Origin: Oopsacas minuta
Lineage: Eukaryota; Animalia; Porifera
Direction of reading: 5' to 3'
Assembly (NCBI GenBank): GCA_024704765.1
Contig: JAKMXF010000233.1
Location: forward strand, 612,370 to 676,369
Length of the DNA: 64,000 nt
The translations under genes were made by a program, and so were the position numbers. Positions 1-12,200 of this stretch are shown here, piece by piece; the first letter of the stretch is position 1, and every line of letters starts with the position of its first letter. Under the pieces are notes generated by a model. It did no database searches. It saw only the letters and a program-made list of their open reading frames with translations, and had not been told where the DNA came from.

Positions 1-290
1 TAACCCTAGAGGGAGACAAGCTGCACTCCCTCATTACCTGTGGACAAGGAATGGATGTGTTATGCCCTGTCTTCTTCTGTCTAGATCCACTTAACAACTT
101 TGTTATTAGCGATGAAGGCTCTCACTCAATTCGGATATTCTCTCCAGAAGGCAATCTCCTACACACGATAGGAACAGAGGGACACCAACAAGGAATGTTA
201 TATTACCCCCAAGGAATAGCTATAACTCCAAACGGGAGATTAGTTAGTGTGTCAGAGAATGAGAACTACCCTCTACAAATATATTACTAG
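1..290 (+). CDS. NHL-repeat protein copy 1, 3' end only (window starts inside the ORF)
   Basis: Open frame from position 3 to TAG at 288-290 (TLEGDKLHSLITCGQGMDVLCPVFFCLDP...NYPLQIYY); 8 nt differences from 2743-3030 over 288 nt; followed by a (TTTG)n run and AATAAA. Confidence 0.85.
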   Translation, partial: TLEGDKLHSLITCGQGMDVLCPVFFCLDPLNNFVISDEGSHSIRIFSPEGNLLHTIGTEGHQQGMLYYPQGIAITPNGRLVSVSENENYPLQIYY

Positions 291-561
291 ATTGTTTGTT
301 TGTTTGTTTGTTTGTTTGTTTGTTTATTTGTTTATTTGTGAATAAAAATTCCGAATTTCAAATTGCTAAAATATATTTATTCAATCCCCGAATAGGTGGC
401 GGGGGCAACTAACACCTCTAATTGAATACTTGTTTATACATAATAATCTTGCCAAATATACAAACAATAAAATTCAAATATTAGCAATAAATAAATATTC
501 ATATTTGGTGATTTGTTGAGGTGTTAATGTTTAATCGTTTGAATGTTTAACCAATCATTCA

Positions 562-3500
562 TCAGGTCATTACAGATGTAATCGCTGTAATCCATTTCTT
601 TGTTTCATCTAAAAATAGAATTATTATGATAGATATTTGGAAGTGACAAAATAGAATTCTATAATTAACAGTGGAAGCTAATCTGATGTTTTTTGAATAT
701 TCACCAAAAGGTGTGAAAATATGATTAATCATATTATAATTAGTGTATTTTACTGTATCTAAACTAACAAATCTGATAGGTTGACAATTTGTTATATTTC
801 TATTTTCCTGATTGCTTACGAATATTTGTGTGATTAATCATATGTACAGTCATGATGATTGTTATAAATATGTGTATATGTATATTTTGACACCTAATTA
901 TATACCATTAGCACTTGCAGTGAAGAAATATGTCTTAGCTGTTGTAGTGAGTGAAAAGGAGAGCTGACACTCTAAACCATCCTAAAAGATGAGAGAAAAT
1001 ATAAATTAGAAATGGGTCCACAAATCCGTATAGAGTACACGAGTGAGAAGGTGTGAACATCTGTTTATATACTCCCTTATGTAACCAGGAAATTCTGGGT
1101 GTCCTTCATGGCCGCTAAACTGGCATATTTTGCGCCAGCCAAGCTAAATACACCTCTGCTAGGTGACAACCCATACATTCTGTGTGTTTAGTATCTATAA
1201 TGTATACGGAACTAGGATATTGTAGCCACTCAGTATTCAGACTGACACCTCGTGTATGACTATCAGCTGATTCATACATAATATTTATCGCATTTTTAAT
1301 GTATAATTGGTTGCTATGTCTGCATTAGAGTGTATTTACACATATTTGTTGGTATATTCGTTGTCAAGCAAGTAATGACTAAAGTTATTAATATTATTAA
1401 TAAATTATGAAGTTTAGATTCATCGCGAAAAGGCAATCTTATTGGTTCAATACTGGATTCAAAGGTGTGAAGTCTAAATAAATATAATTTCTAAAAGAAC
1501 AACAAACAACAAATATTAAAGAAATAATTAAAATAGGAAATTTGATATTTTGTTATTGCAAATATACAAAATAAGTTTACTGAGAGAGAACTTTCAACCA
1601 CATTCCTTACAGTATCCTAGCAACGAGACACAATAACAAACACCTGCATAACCTCGTGTTTATTCTAACAAGAAATATACTCACATCATCTGATTATTGT
1701 TGTTTGTTTACTTGTTATTCACACATTAATATTACAGCTATAAATACACAAGATTATCCCTAGCAACCAATTCATAACTCAACTATTCTACAATTATCAA
1801 ATGGCAGAACGTTACGCAATCGCCACTCAAGTCGTAGACCCCATAGAGACACACATCAATCACACAATAGATGGTCTCATAGGGTTACTGAATGTCCGTA
1901 GAGTTCAGCTACTGGAGTTAGTCCGCAATACACGGGAGGAGAAGAGAGCAGCAGAGATCGCTCAACGCGAAATGATCGACCAACTGAACGAGGCACAGGC
2001 ACAACTCCAAGGAATATTAAGAGAAAATCCCCTCCAGTCCATGAGGGAGAGAATTGTCCAAGAAATGGAGGACAAAATGCGAGACCTACGAAACAACATT
2101 CCCGTAGAGACACAATTAAAGTGTCATTGCGACATACGTGACCTAGAAATGAGCATTTCCCGTTTAGGAGAGATCGTACAGGTACCAGTAGGAGTGCCAG
2201 ATTATGCTACATTCCAAACGTCCACTGTTGCTACTGGGAAAGAAGGTTCAGGTCCTGGTGAGTTGATTGGTCCAGTAGGTGTAGCTATACATGAAGATAC
2301 ACACCAAATATTCGTGGCTAATTTTGGCAATAACAGAGTAGAGATATTCTCTGACACAGGAGAGTACCTCAATCAGCTGGGTGTAGGACAGCTGTCTTTC
2401 CCATGGGGTATAGCTATACACAGAGAGAATGTGTATGTCAGCTGCTGTGTAGATCACACTGTAACCCAATTCACACTAACTGACATGAGTGTTGTTAGGA
2501 AGATAGGAGGTAGGGGATCAAACAACGGACAATTCAACTTTCCTTGTCAACTAACAACAGATCCCATTGGTCACGTGTTTATAGCAGATAGAGGTAACAG
2601 CAGAATCAACGTACACGACACAGACTTGAACCATCTCCGTAACATTACTCATCAGTCTATGACAAAACCATATGATGTTAAAGTGTCACGTGACCGCGTG
2701 TACGTACTGTGTCCTGATAACAACCCGTGTATGCACGTGCTAACCCTAGAGGGAGACAAGCTGCACTCCCTCATTACCTGTGGACAAGGAATGGATGAGT
2801 TACGCCCTTTCTTCTTCTGTCTAGATCCACTTAACAACTTTGTTATTAGCGATGAAGGCTCTCACTCAATTCGGATATTCTCTCCAGAAGGCAATCTCCT
2901 ACACACGATAGGAACAGAGGGACACCAACAAGGAATGTTATATTACCCCCAAGGAATAGCTATAACTCCAAACGGGAGATTAGTTAGTATATCATGGAAT
3001 GTGAACTACCCTCTACAAATATATTACTAGTTTGTTTGTTTGTGAATAAAAATTCCGAATTTCAAATTCCTAAAATATATTTATTCAATCCCCGAATATG
3101 TATTGCGTGTACATATTAACATATGGCAGGGGGTAATACATAATATCAGCTGATTCATACATAATACTGACCAATAGGAAAGTGTTTATTTCTCTTATTT
3201 TTATTGTAGGTATTGTTAGCCAAGGTTGATCTTCCTACACAAAATAAATAAATAAACAGAAAAATAAACAACTAATTTGTTTATGATAGTTTATTAATAC
3301 CTTTGATTGATATAATTTAAGTGTGAAAAGGTTAAGAACTGCAAACCAAGTAGACAATTCATTTCTACAAAACAACAACAACAATAATAACATTTGTGAA
3401 ATATACAAATACAAACAACTCACGTCTTTGGATTTCTTTTCCATAATTTTCCTTGACAGACAATATTCTAAAGAGTCAATTAACAGGTGTGAATATTACA

Positions 3501-5049
3501 TATACGCTCTGTACTCCTTGGTTGTCCACGGAGGACAGCAAGGAGTACACATTGGTAAAAGTGGACTACTCTAACCTCCAATTCAGGTTTATTTCTTGGC
3601 TTGGGTTTAGGTGGAAGATCAGGGCGGGTAAATCGCATATGTTTTTTGTTAAATGAAGAAACAGCTGTTAATTTGTTAGTATGCATATCTTTTGCTCCAC
3701 CAATAGGATTTGGGGGTTGAATTATGTGTTCTAGTGAATTCCTGTCTGTTTCCATGGTTACTTGGGAAGGATTTATAGTTGTTTTCTTGAAGTTATTTAG
3801 AATTGGTAACTAGGAAAATTGCAAAGAATTTAATTATTTACATACCATACAATTTGCATAGCAACGCATACATACCTTGGGATTTTGTCGCACCGGTAGT
3901 GGAGGTGTCATTGGTTCTTTTTTCGCGACACCAAACAATTTATCTCCTTGACTACGAGTTCTTAAGTTTGGAATGCTGACATTCAATGTTTCTAAAGTGT
4001 AACAAAGATTTTCGTAACATATGACGTCATTGCTCGAGTATTACTTTATAACACTTACTTGTACTAATTTTAGAACTCTTAGGCATCATAATCGGGTTGT
4101 TAGGGTGAAATGCTTGGAATGTTGGTTTAGCAGGGGGTGGAGGAGGGGGCTTATCGGGACGGGGTACCCTGGGTGGTCCCCTAAAGGATTGAGACCTCCC
4201 AGAGTAATTCCTTTGAAAATAAGGTGTTGAGCTGATTATCTCTAACGACGATAAACACTCATTGGAATTGTGAATACTTTCACATGATAATTTCCTCTCA
4301 TCACTATGGTGACCAATTCGGTTGTTAGGAATGTTCAGGCTGTTAGATGGTGAGTGAGGTGGCAGAGGTGGAGCTTGATTGTGTCCTGATAATGGTTTGG
4401 GTCGAATAGGTGGAGGATGGCGTATTGGTGTTTTTCTATTTGGGACTATCACCTTTTCTGGAACTATGTCATACGTATCTGTCCTATTCTTCTGTGGAAT
4501 GTTATCAAAGTTTGAAATCTGTTTGATCTTAAACGGAACTGAAATTGGTTTCAGTTCCGGTTTATGTATAACAGGAACTATATTATTAGAAGAAATATCA
4601 TGTGTAGATTTAGATTTTAAAATTTCCTCTTTTTTCCGCTGAGATTTTGGTACAACCTTAGCGTACAGTCTAGGGTGCATATTATACTCCTCTTGGTCCA
4701 ATTCTTTAGATGAATATGTTCTTATTTTAGAGTAAACAGTTGGTTGTGTTACGGTATGTAATGAAATTCTATAATTAGTATCATTACATTCCATTCTATT
4801 CATTTTAGAGAAATCTAAGTCAGCATAGGTGCTTACCATCCTTGGGTCACGGTCTGTGGTACTATGTCTCCTCATGAATGGGACTTTTATGTCCGCATAA
4901 TTTGCACGAGAGAAATTGTCCTGGTGTATTTTATCTGTGTGGTTTGTTTGACTGAAATCTATGAGTAGATATGTGCCCTCTGTCTCCATATGCTTGACAC
5001 CTCTGATATCAGAGTAAGTTGATTGGTTGAACAAGGAAGAATGGATTTC
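562..5049 (-). CDS. Tyr-motif/Pro-rich adaptor-like protein with C-terminal PH domain (5' end unresolved)
   Basis: Phase-consistent GT-AG exons 5049-4059, 3991-3876, 3809-3576, 3467-3424, 3364-3301, 3234-3172, 981-906, 608-562 splice to ...NIVCQGKLWKRNPKTNELSTWFAVLNLFTLKLYQSKEDQPWLTIPTIKIREINTFLLDGLECQLSFSLTTTAKTYFFTASANDETKKWITAITSVMT*, a typical PH fold pattern ending in the W-containing helix. The ORF-track start at 5034 is a TTG; first in-exon ATG is 4989. Confidence 0.8.
1261..1283 (+). repeat. 23-bp exact direct repeat, partner at 3144-3166, flanking NHL copy 2
   Basis: TATCAGCTGATTCATACATAATA at 1261-1283 and 3144-3166; neighbouring bases differ on both sides. Confidence 0.9.
1520..1800 (+). 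promoter_or_regulatory. Promoter/5' region of the NHL cassette, shared with copy 3 (about 12387-12658, minus strand)
   Basis: About 280 bp of clear homology between the two copies, with TATAAATA at 1739-1746 (12442-12449 in copy 3), ACATTCC at 1600-1606 and CCTAGCAAC words. Confidence 0.65.
1801..3030 (+). CDS. Intronless coiled-coil + NHL-repeat beta-propeller protein (TRIM-NHL-like C-terminal half, no RING/B-box), copy 2, nested antisense in PH-gene intron 982-3171
   Basis: 409-aa ORF; helical N-terminal part followed by repeated P-x-G-[IV]-A-[IV]...[IF]V[AS][DN]...N.R[VI].[IV][FH] NHL blades. Confidence 0.9.
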   Translation: MAERYAIATQVVDPIETHINHTIDGLIGLLNVRRVQLLELVRNTREEKRAAEIAQREMIDQLNEAQAQLQGILRENPLQSMRERIVQEMEDKMRDLRNNIPVETQLKCHCDIRDLEMSISRLGEIVQVPVGVPDYATFQTSTVATGKEGSGPGELIGPVGVAIHEDTHQIFVANFGNNRVEIFSDTGEYLNQLGVGQLSFPWGIAIHRENVYVSCCVDHTVTQFTLTDMSVVRKIGGRGSNNGQFNFPCQLTTDPIGHVFIADRGNSRINVHDTDLNHLRNITHQSMTKPYDVKVSRDRVYVLCPDNNPCMHVLTLEGDKLHSLITCGQGMDELRPFFFCLDPLNNFVISDEGSHSIRIFSPEGNLLHTIGTEGHQQGMLYYPQGIAITPNGRLVSISWNVNYPLQIYY

Positions 5050-6118
5050 CTACAAATATACAAAGTTATAAATAATGTAAACAACAACAAATAACAGAAA
5101 TTTAGTAAGATTGAATATACATTTTTGGTGAAAAGTCTAGTGTCAAATATTTGTAGACAAGATCCGTATAATATGAATATAAAATGTGACACAATGAACC
5201 ACCAAATTATCCAATATTTTTATTACAAACAATCCTCTATAACCATTCCCTGATTATCATATCAAATATCCCCGCGCGTTTTTACAGAAATCTCCCGCTC
5301 GTTTTTATAGAAATTACGTAGATTCACCAATGAAATTCAACCGCCAATTATCAGAAAACACCCGCCAAATACTCATAAAATAATTACAAGTACATAATTG
5401 GCGCGATTTTCTAAATGGCGCTTAAATATGTATGCCTATAACTTACTGAGCTGTTCATTGGCGCCAAATTAATTTGTGCATATCCGTTCTCCATCAAAAG
5501 ACTTTATATAGTCTTTCTTTGTGACTAATTAGATTAGCGATTGGCACTTATTAGCTTCTCCAAGCTGAGAACCTAGAAGCCAATTGGTCAATCAAATCCT
5601 TTGTTCTATAATGCAACGAATTCTAGGAGAATCAAAGTCCGAGTGGCACCAATGTGTCACAAATTAAGGCTTTTCAACATTTACGATAATTAGAACATAC
5701 TGTTTATTAGATTGATAGTAATATGAGTGTATTTTCAACCTTTTAAGAGAAGATTTTTTCACAGGACACATTCTAACACCTTTTCATACGTCATGATTAT
5801 ATTCATAATTGTCCCATTGTACAATGAACCCAGTTCTTATAGAACCAATTACCCCCTTTATATTACTGCCGATTTCACACCTTTTTAGAATATATTATTA
5901 TAACTCGTATTTTCATATTATTTATATGTGCATATTATTTAAAATTTCCTAATAACATAAGCTAGTGTAATATGGAACTATAATTAGAATTGTGTCATAA
6001 CTGACATGGACATGGTTTCAGCCATAAACAGAACTGTCAAAAAATGGCCACTATCCCCCTTTTATTGTTTAGTTATATTCGTAATTAGTGTACATTCCAC
6101 ATTCCATATTCCGTTGTC

Positions 6119-8345
6119 ATGACAGACCTAGGAGAGAATCTAGCAATGAGACCAACTCCCTCTCCAATTTCTTCTGAGAAGATATTTATTAGATTACACA
6201 AACAGGAATATGCAGCTGGTGATGTCATATATGGGTAAGGTATATTCACACAAATATTTGTTTGTTTACTCGGTTTTATTTCGTAAACAAAAATTGATAA
6301 ATATAAACAAATATTCACTGATTTACACATTCCTTTCTAGACTTGTGTATCTATGGGTGAGTGCGCCAGTTGCGTCACAACTTCTAAAAATATCTATTCA
6401 AGGATTCGAGGAATGTGAGTTACCATGGCAACCATCCCTCTACGGAATTCTCACCATAGTTACGTATAGGTACATTTGAAATGTGGGAGAGTGAACCGAA
6501 TCCTGATGACGTCAAGAACCCTATTAAGCGTAGAGTAGAGAGACACAATAAACGAGACACTATTCCCAAATTTGAGGAACAGCTGGCTTCCTATCCACGT
6601 GAGTTATATTTATAATGACAACAGATTGTTGTTGTTATTCTTTGTTGTTGTTTATAGGTGGATTTCCTTTGGGTTATTTTTATTATCCGTTCAAATATGA
6701 GTTGCCTCAGGTGATGCCAGGTTGTTTGTTTGTTTGTTTGTTTGTTTGTTTATTTGTTTGTTTGTTTGTTTGTTTGTTTGTTTACATGTTTATTTGTTAG
6801 GCAGCTTCTTCTGTAAACTAGGAGAGTCTGGCGGTCTCAAATGGAATGGAATGGTTAGATACATAATAAGAGCTTTTATCGACATTCCAGGAGCACACCA
6901 TGATCTCTGGGTAACATATATATCTTTATAAATATCAACAGACTTGTTTACGTGTTTATTACTTATAAACTATTGAATTGGTGCCTGTGAGCATGCTTAG
7001 ATATACACCATGTGTAGGTGTTACTAATTTAATTGATCTGGAAGTATGACTGTTGCTATTATAGGTAGAAGAAGAACTGTTAATCAGAGAGGCTAAGCCT
7101 AGTATCAGTGCTCTGTCTAAATCAGTAATGAATACACAGGTACAATCTTGCTTCTGTATACCCAGGGGAATGATTGAGGTGTCTGCATGGTGAGTATCTA
7201 GTTCTTGTTGTTATTTATTTGTTTGTTCGTTATTTGTGGGTGTTTGTAAGAGCTATAGCAGCTGTTCCCCCTTGTACCTGTTGTAACACCATTCTGTGGA
7301 CCCCTCTGTCCTCCATGTACCACCAAGAGGTCCATAGGGTCAGGTTATTGTTGTTGTTATTATTAGGCTAGATAAGAATGTATACAGACCAGAAGAGAAG
7401 CTAACAGTACACTACACTATTCGTAACACCTCAGCTGTTGATGTACAGTATCTGCTAATTAAGGTTAGTATCATATTTTCACAAGCTTGTGTATATGTAC
7501 ATGTTTCTGGGCATACCTTTATAGACATATTTTCACACCTTTTAGCTAGTGCGTGTGATTAAACTGAGTGGTAATGAACCAAATAGACACAAACCCTTCA
7601 TTCAATCTATGTCCTCATCTTCTAAGGGATTGCTACACGGTATTAATTATGACGTCACGACGTTACCACATACAAAGGATACCTCTACAAATATGCAAGT
7701 GTTATTTACACTATCACAAAACGGATGTAGACATAACCAGAGTGTTAATAGGTAACTAAGGAGTGATTAAGGACAGTAACTCCCCGTTATAACAAAGTGA
7801 CCCTCTGTAGCAGAGGTTCCCATTCTCTCTACCCAGATACCTCAGGGTATACGTGGTTTACTGTATGGTATTTAAGAGGTGTCCTTCGCAACCGAGCGGT
7901 GACTTAAGAATGTTAAATATCCAAATATAATTACTAAACTTGTTTCTGTTTTAGAGATGCTAATACTACTCTAACACCTGATTCTGGCGGTCAAACTATA
8001 TACCCTACAACACATGCTTATAATATAAAGGTAGTTAGCACTTCACACCTTTATTCATGTTATTATTTGTGTTTATTAGTGTACATATGTGCTAGACATA
8101 GAAGTAAGAGCTAAATGGTCTGCGAGTATAATACTTACATTACCAATACTGGTTATGCATTCACTGGATCAACAGGTTAGCTGTTTGTTTGTTTGTTTGT
8201 TTGTTGTTTGTTTACTTGTTTGTTGTTATTATTATTTACTTACCAGTGGATGGATTGGAATGCTCCTATCTGGAGTAAGAAGTGTTCTATAGTACAGGTA
8301 CCAGGAGAATATGGAGTTACTAATTCAGAAAGTATGTTACTATAA
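6119..8345 (+). CDS. Arrestin-domain (alpha-arrestin-like) protein, multi-exon
   Basis: Spliced motifs IRLHKQEYAAGDVIYGLVYLWV, YPFKYELPQVMPGSF, GMVRYIIRAFIDIP, IEVSAWLDKNVYRPEEKLTVHTTIRNTS match arrestin-N and arrestin-C domain patterns; ATG 6119, TAA 8343-8345. Confidence 0.75.
6722..6781 (+). repeat. (TTTG)n intronic microsatellite
   Basis: About 15 TTTG/TTTA units in an arrestin-gene intron; similar runs occur throughout the window. Confidence 0.95.
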
Positions 8346-8366
8346 TAAGATTTATAGTTCCATATG

Positions 8367-8434
8367 CAGTAGACTCCGCTTAATCGGGTCAAAATGGTTT
8401 GGTACCGATGTGACACTATTAAGCTGAGTCTCTG
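8367..8434. mobile_element. Short MITE-like hairpin, family A
   Basis: Imperfect terminal inverted repeats CAGTAGACTCCGCTTAAT ... ATTAAGCTGAGTCTCTG; related copies at 46956-47026 and 62949-63005. Confidence 0.55.
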
Positions 8435-9288
8435 GATAGTTCCAGTTACAATTATTCTAATAAACAACAACAAATTTAATGAATTAAGCCAGCTGTTCCC
8501 AACCTGCGTTGAATTAAGCGATATAATTCAAATTGGAACCAAGTTTCCGGATAGTTTCAATTTCAGTTGCTAATTAAGTTATTTATTCTATTTTAGTAAC
8601 AGAACATTTCTCAGGGAACCCAGGTGTTAAAATATGAATAATTCTTGTAAATTTGTTTATTTGTATTTTTAAGATGTTTGATATTTTATTATTTGTTGTT
8701 TCTAATAAATCTAATTAGCAATTTGTTTGTATTTACTACACATACACAGATTATTCACGCTATTTCATAATTATTTTTATTTATTTTGATTATTTGTCCT
8801 CCTATCTGTATGTATATTAGTTACTTAACCATGGATGGCGAATTTGTATATTATAATATAAGAAATTCACCATCCATGGTTTTAGAACTAATAAGCATAC
8901 TGGCTGTCATTATCTTTAGGTTTTCCTCTCTTTTGAGTTCTTCTCGACACAATATGTCACTATATCTAAGTAATATATATATATTATTGGCTGACTTATT
9001 ATCCATGGTCCAGTAGACTAAACAGTGTAATCTCCTTAAGCAGAGTACTAAGGACATCGAATAATGCTAATCTGTTTGTGGAGATTAATTTGTATGGGGC
9101 TAGTATATTTTCAATCCATTTCCACAGACCTCTTTTGTGGAGGTTCACTGTATCCAATTGTCTCTATAATATCCCTAGTCTACCCCTTAAGGGTTGTACT
9201 GTGGGTACCTGTCTTCGTATCCATGGCCCAATATAATCCCATCAAGTTGTCATATAATTGAACTAACTCCTTGTTGTTAATTAGCTGT

Positions 9289-12200
9289 ATGGATTTTGGT
9301 TCCCAACACGTATATGATTACGCCTGTAGTGATGATGAGGTGATAGCTGAGGATGACTTTTCTAACCCTCTATACGCCAGGTTAGTATATTCACATCTTT
9401 ATTTGTGCCCCTTATAATTGTGTCGGTTGTGTAGTGATGATGAGGACGATTATGATCTACCTGCTCCACCACCACCACCACCACCTGTCAGTTTGGCAGA
9501 AACTGATTATTTAGCTAATATTGCTGGTGAGTTATTTGTATATTTGTTTGTTTGTTTATTTATTTATTTATTTATTTGTTTATTTGTTTACTAACAGCTC
9601 CACCAACCGGTCGTTCAGTATCACCACCAGCAGAGAGACGCAGAAGCTCTAGGAGCTCTCGATTTGCTGCCCTTAACCAAGCTACGGATTCTGGTAACCT
9701 AGCAGAATTACAAACACCCCAAACACAACCTGCCTTAATAATTCCTTCATTTATCCCTCAACGCAGGAAGAAACATGTTACATGGGATATAGGTAAGATC
9801 ATTAATATTCACACCCAATAGGTGACTACAACGGATCATACACGACAATTTCGAACGTCCGTTGGTGAGACTACACCTTGTATTCTATTTTTAGAAGAAA
9901 GAGCCTTATCAGCTGTTCCTCCCTCCACCAGTAAAATTCACAAAATCCGTAAAGCAGATACAAATGTATTATCTATCAATTTTCGTACTCTTAAGGAACC
10001 TAGTGACGTATTCACAGGAGAGGCGGAGTTGTGTACAAATTGTAGATCTGTATTTTCACACCTTTCTGTTCTAACTTGTTCTGGAGAGGATAGTGACAAG
10101 GTTTGTTTGTTTGTTTGTTAATTAGTAGAGCTCATACACGGATTGTCCATGGTATTCGACGCGGTCTCTTGAGACTATCTAGTGAATACATTTTTGGGTG
10201 TTGTGTGTTCGTTTCAACGGTTAATCCGGTGTATTCTATTCTGAATATTTAATCATATTTTGACAAGTTTCTGTATATTTCTTATTATTGATTATTCATA
10301 TTGTTGTTGTTTACAGATATGGAGGTGTGAATATTGTGGACATGAAAATATAGTTGATTTAATGCCAGAAGAAATACCGAAAGATAATGACGTCACGTAT
10401 ATGTTATTACCACCTACTACAAGTGATAATACTAAAACATCTGGTAACCAATCTCTGTTGATATTCTGTATTGATATATCTGGAAGTATGGCTGCTACTA
10501 CTGAGGTAAACAAGTACACAAACAAACAAATAAACATACACAAACAAACAAACATATACAAGTAATCAAACAAATGAACAAACAGATAAGTAAACAGGTA
10601 AACAAACAAACAAACAAACATATTCGTTATAAGCAAGTAATTCTTTACGATCTATAGCAACATTTCCCAACCTTATTCACCCGTATACTACATATACCAA
10701 TATTAACACCTTATAGACCGTAATATATCTTATTGACATCCTGCTGTTTACCACCATGGACAGCAGAACGCTGCCCTAAAGCTTGATATCGGGAGAGGTG
10801 CCCCTAGCACTTATTTACAATTCCATTTACAGATACCCGGTAGTTACCAATTGAAGGAGGACCCATCCTTAGAGGAACTATTAAAGGAAATAGGTCTAAC
10901 AAGACAGGAATATCAAGTACAAGTTACGCATATGAGGCCGGCTGTTACTTATCTGTCTAGACTTAAGAGTTTACAATCAGCTGTTCAGTCACAACTTGAT
11001 CAGCTGACTACTACTGATCCTGATAAGAGAGTTGCTATTATCACATTCAATAATGAGGTTATTTTTAGTAACATTATTCTATAAGGATTATTTGTATTTT
11101 AATTTATTACAATACAAACAAATAAACACAAATAAACAAACAAACAAACAAACAAACTAGTAATATATTTGTAGAGGGTAGTTCTCATTCCTTGACACAC
11201 AAACTAATCTCCCGTTTGGAGTTATAGCTATTCCTTGGGGGTAATATAACATTCCTTGTTGGTGTCCCTCTGTTCCTATCGTGTGTAGGAGATTGCCTTC
11301 TGGAGAGAATATCCGAATTGAGTGAGAGCCTTCATCGCTAATAACAAAGTTGTTAAGTGGATCTAGACAGAAGAAGACAGGGCATAACACATCCATTCCT
11401 TGTCCACAGGTAATGAGGGAGTGCAGCTTGTCTCCCTCTAGGGTTAGCACGTGCATACACGGGTTGTTATCAGGATACAGTACGTACACACGGTCACGTG
11501 ACACTTTAACATCAGATGGTTTTGTCATAGACTGATGAGTAATGTTACGGAGATGGTTCAGGTCTGTGTCGTGTACGCTGATTCTGTTGTTACCGCCATC
11601 TGCTATAAACACGTGACCGATGGGATCTGTTGTTAGTTGTCTATGATTATTGAATTGTCCGTTGTTTGATCCCCTACCGCCTATCTTCCTAACAAGACTC
11701 ATGTCAGTTAGTGTGAATTGGCTTACAGTGCTACCTCCCAAGTAGCTGACATACACATTCTCTCCGTGTACAGCTATACCCCATGGGAAACACAGCTGTC
11801 CTACACCCAGCTGATTGAGGTACTCTCCTGTGTCAGAGAATATCTCTACTCTGTGATTGCCAAGATTAGCCACGAATATTTGGTGTGTATCTTCATGTAT
11901 AGCTATACCTGATGGACAAATCAACTCGCCAGGATCTGAACCTGTCTTTCCAGTAGCAACAGTGAACGTTTGGAATGTAGCATAATCTGGTACTCCTACT
12001 GGTACCTGTACGATCTCTCCTAAACGGGAAATGCTCATTTCTAGGTCACTTGTCTCACACTGCCACTGTAATCGGGTCTCTACGGGAATGTTGTTTCGTA
12101 GGTCTCGCATTTTGTCCTCCATTTCTTGGACAATTCTCTCCCTCATGGACTGGAGGGGATATTCTCTTAATGTTCCTTGGAGTTGTGCTTGTGCCTCGTT

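Noticed and set aside
290-3030. Copies 1 and 2 as a simple 2740-bp tandem duplication
   Set aside because: The spacer holds two unique exons of the PH gene and shared sequence is limited to the cassette.
9000-9265. Minus-strand frame of about 85 codons interrupted by TGA and TAG
   Set aside because: No recognisable homology; cannot distinguish pseudogene from chance, and no support for readthrough or selenocysteine.
6615-10636. ORFs rich in FVCL/FVYL repeats (e.g. 6615-6800, 6722-6931, 10292-10636)
   Set aside because: Translations of TTTG microsatellites in introns.
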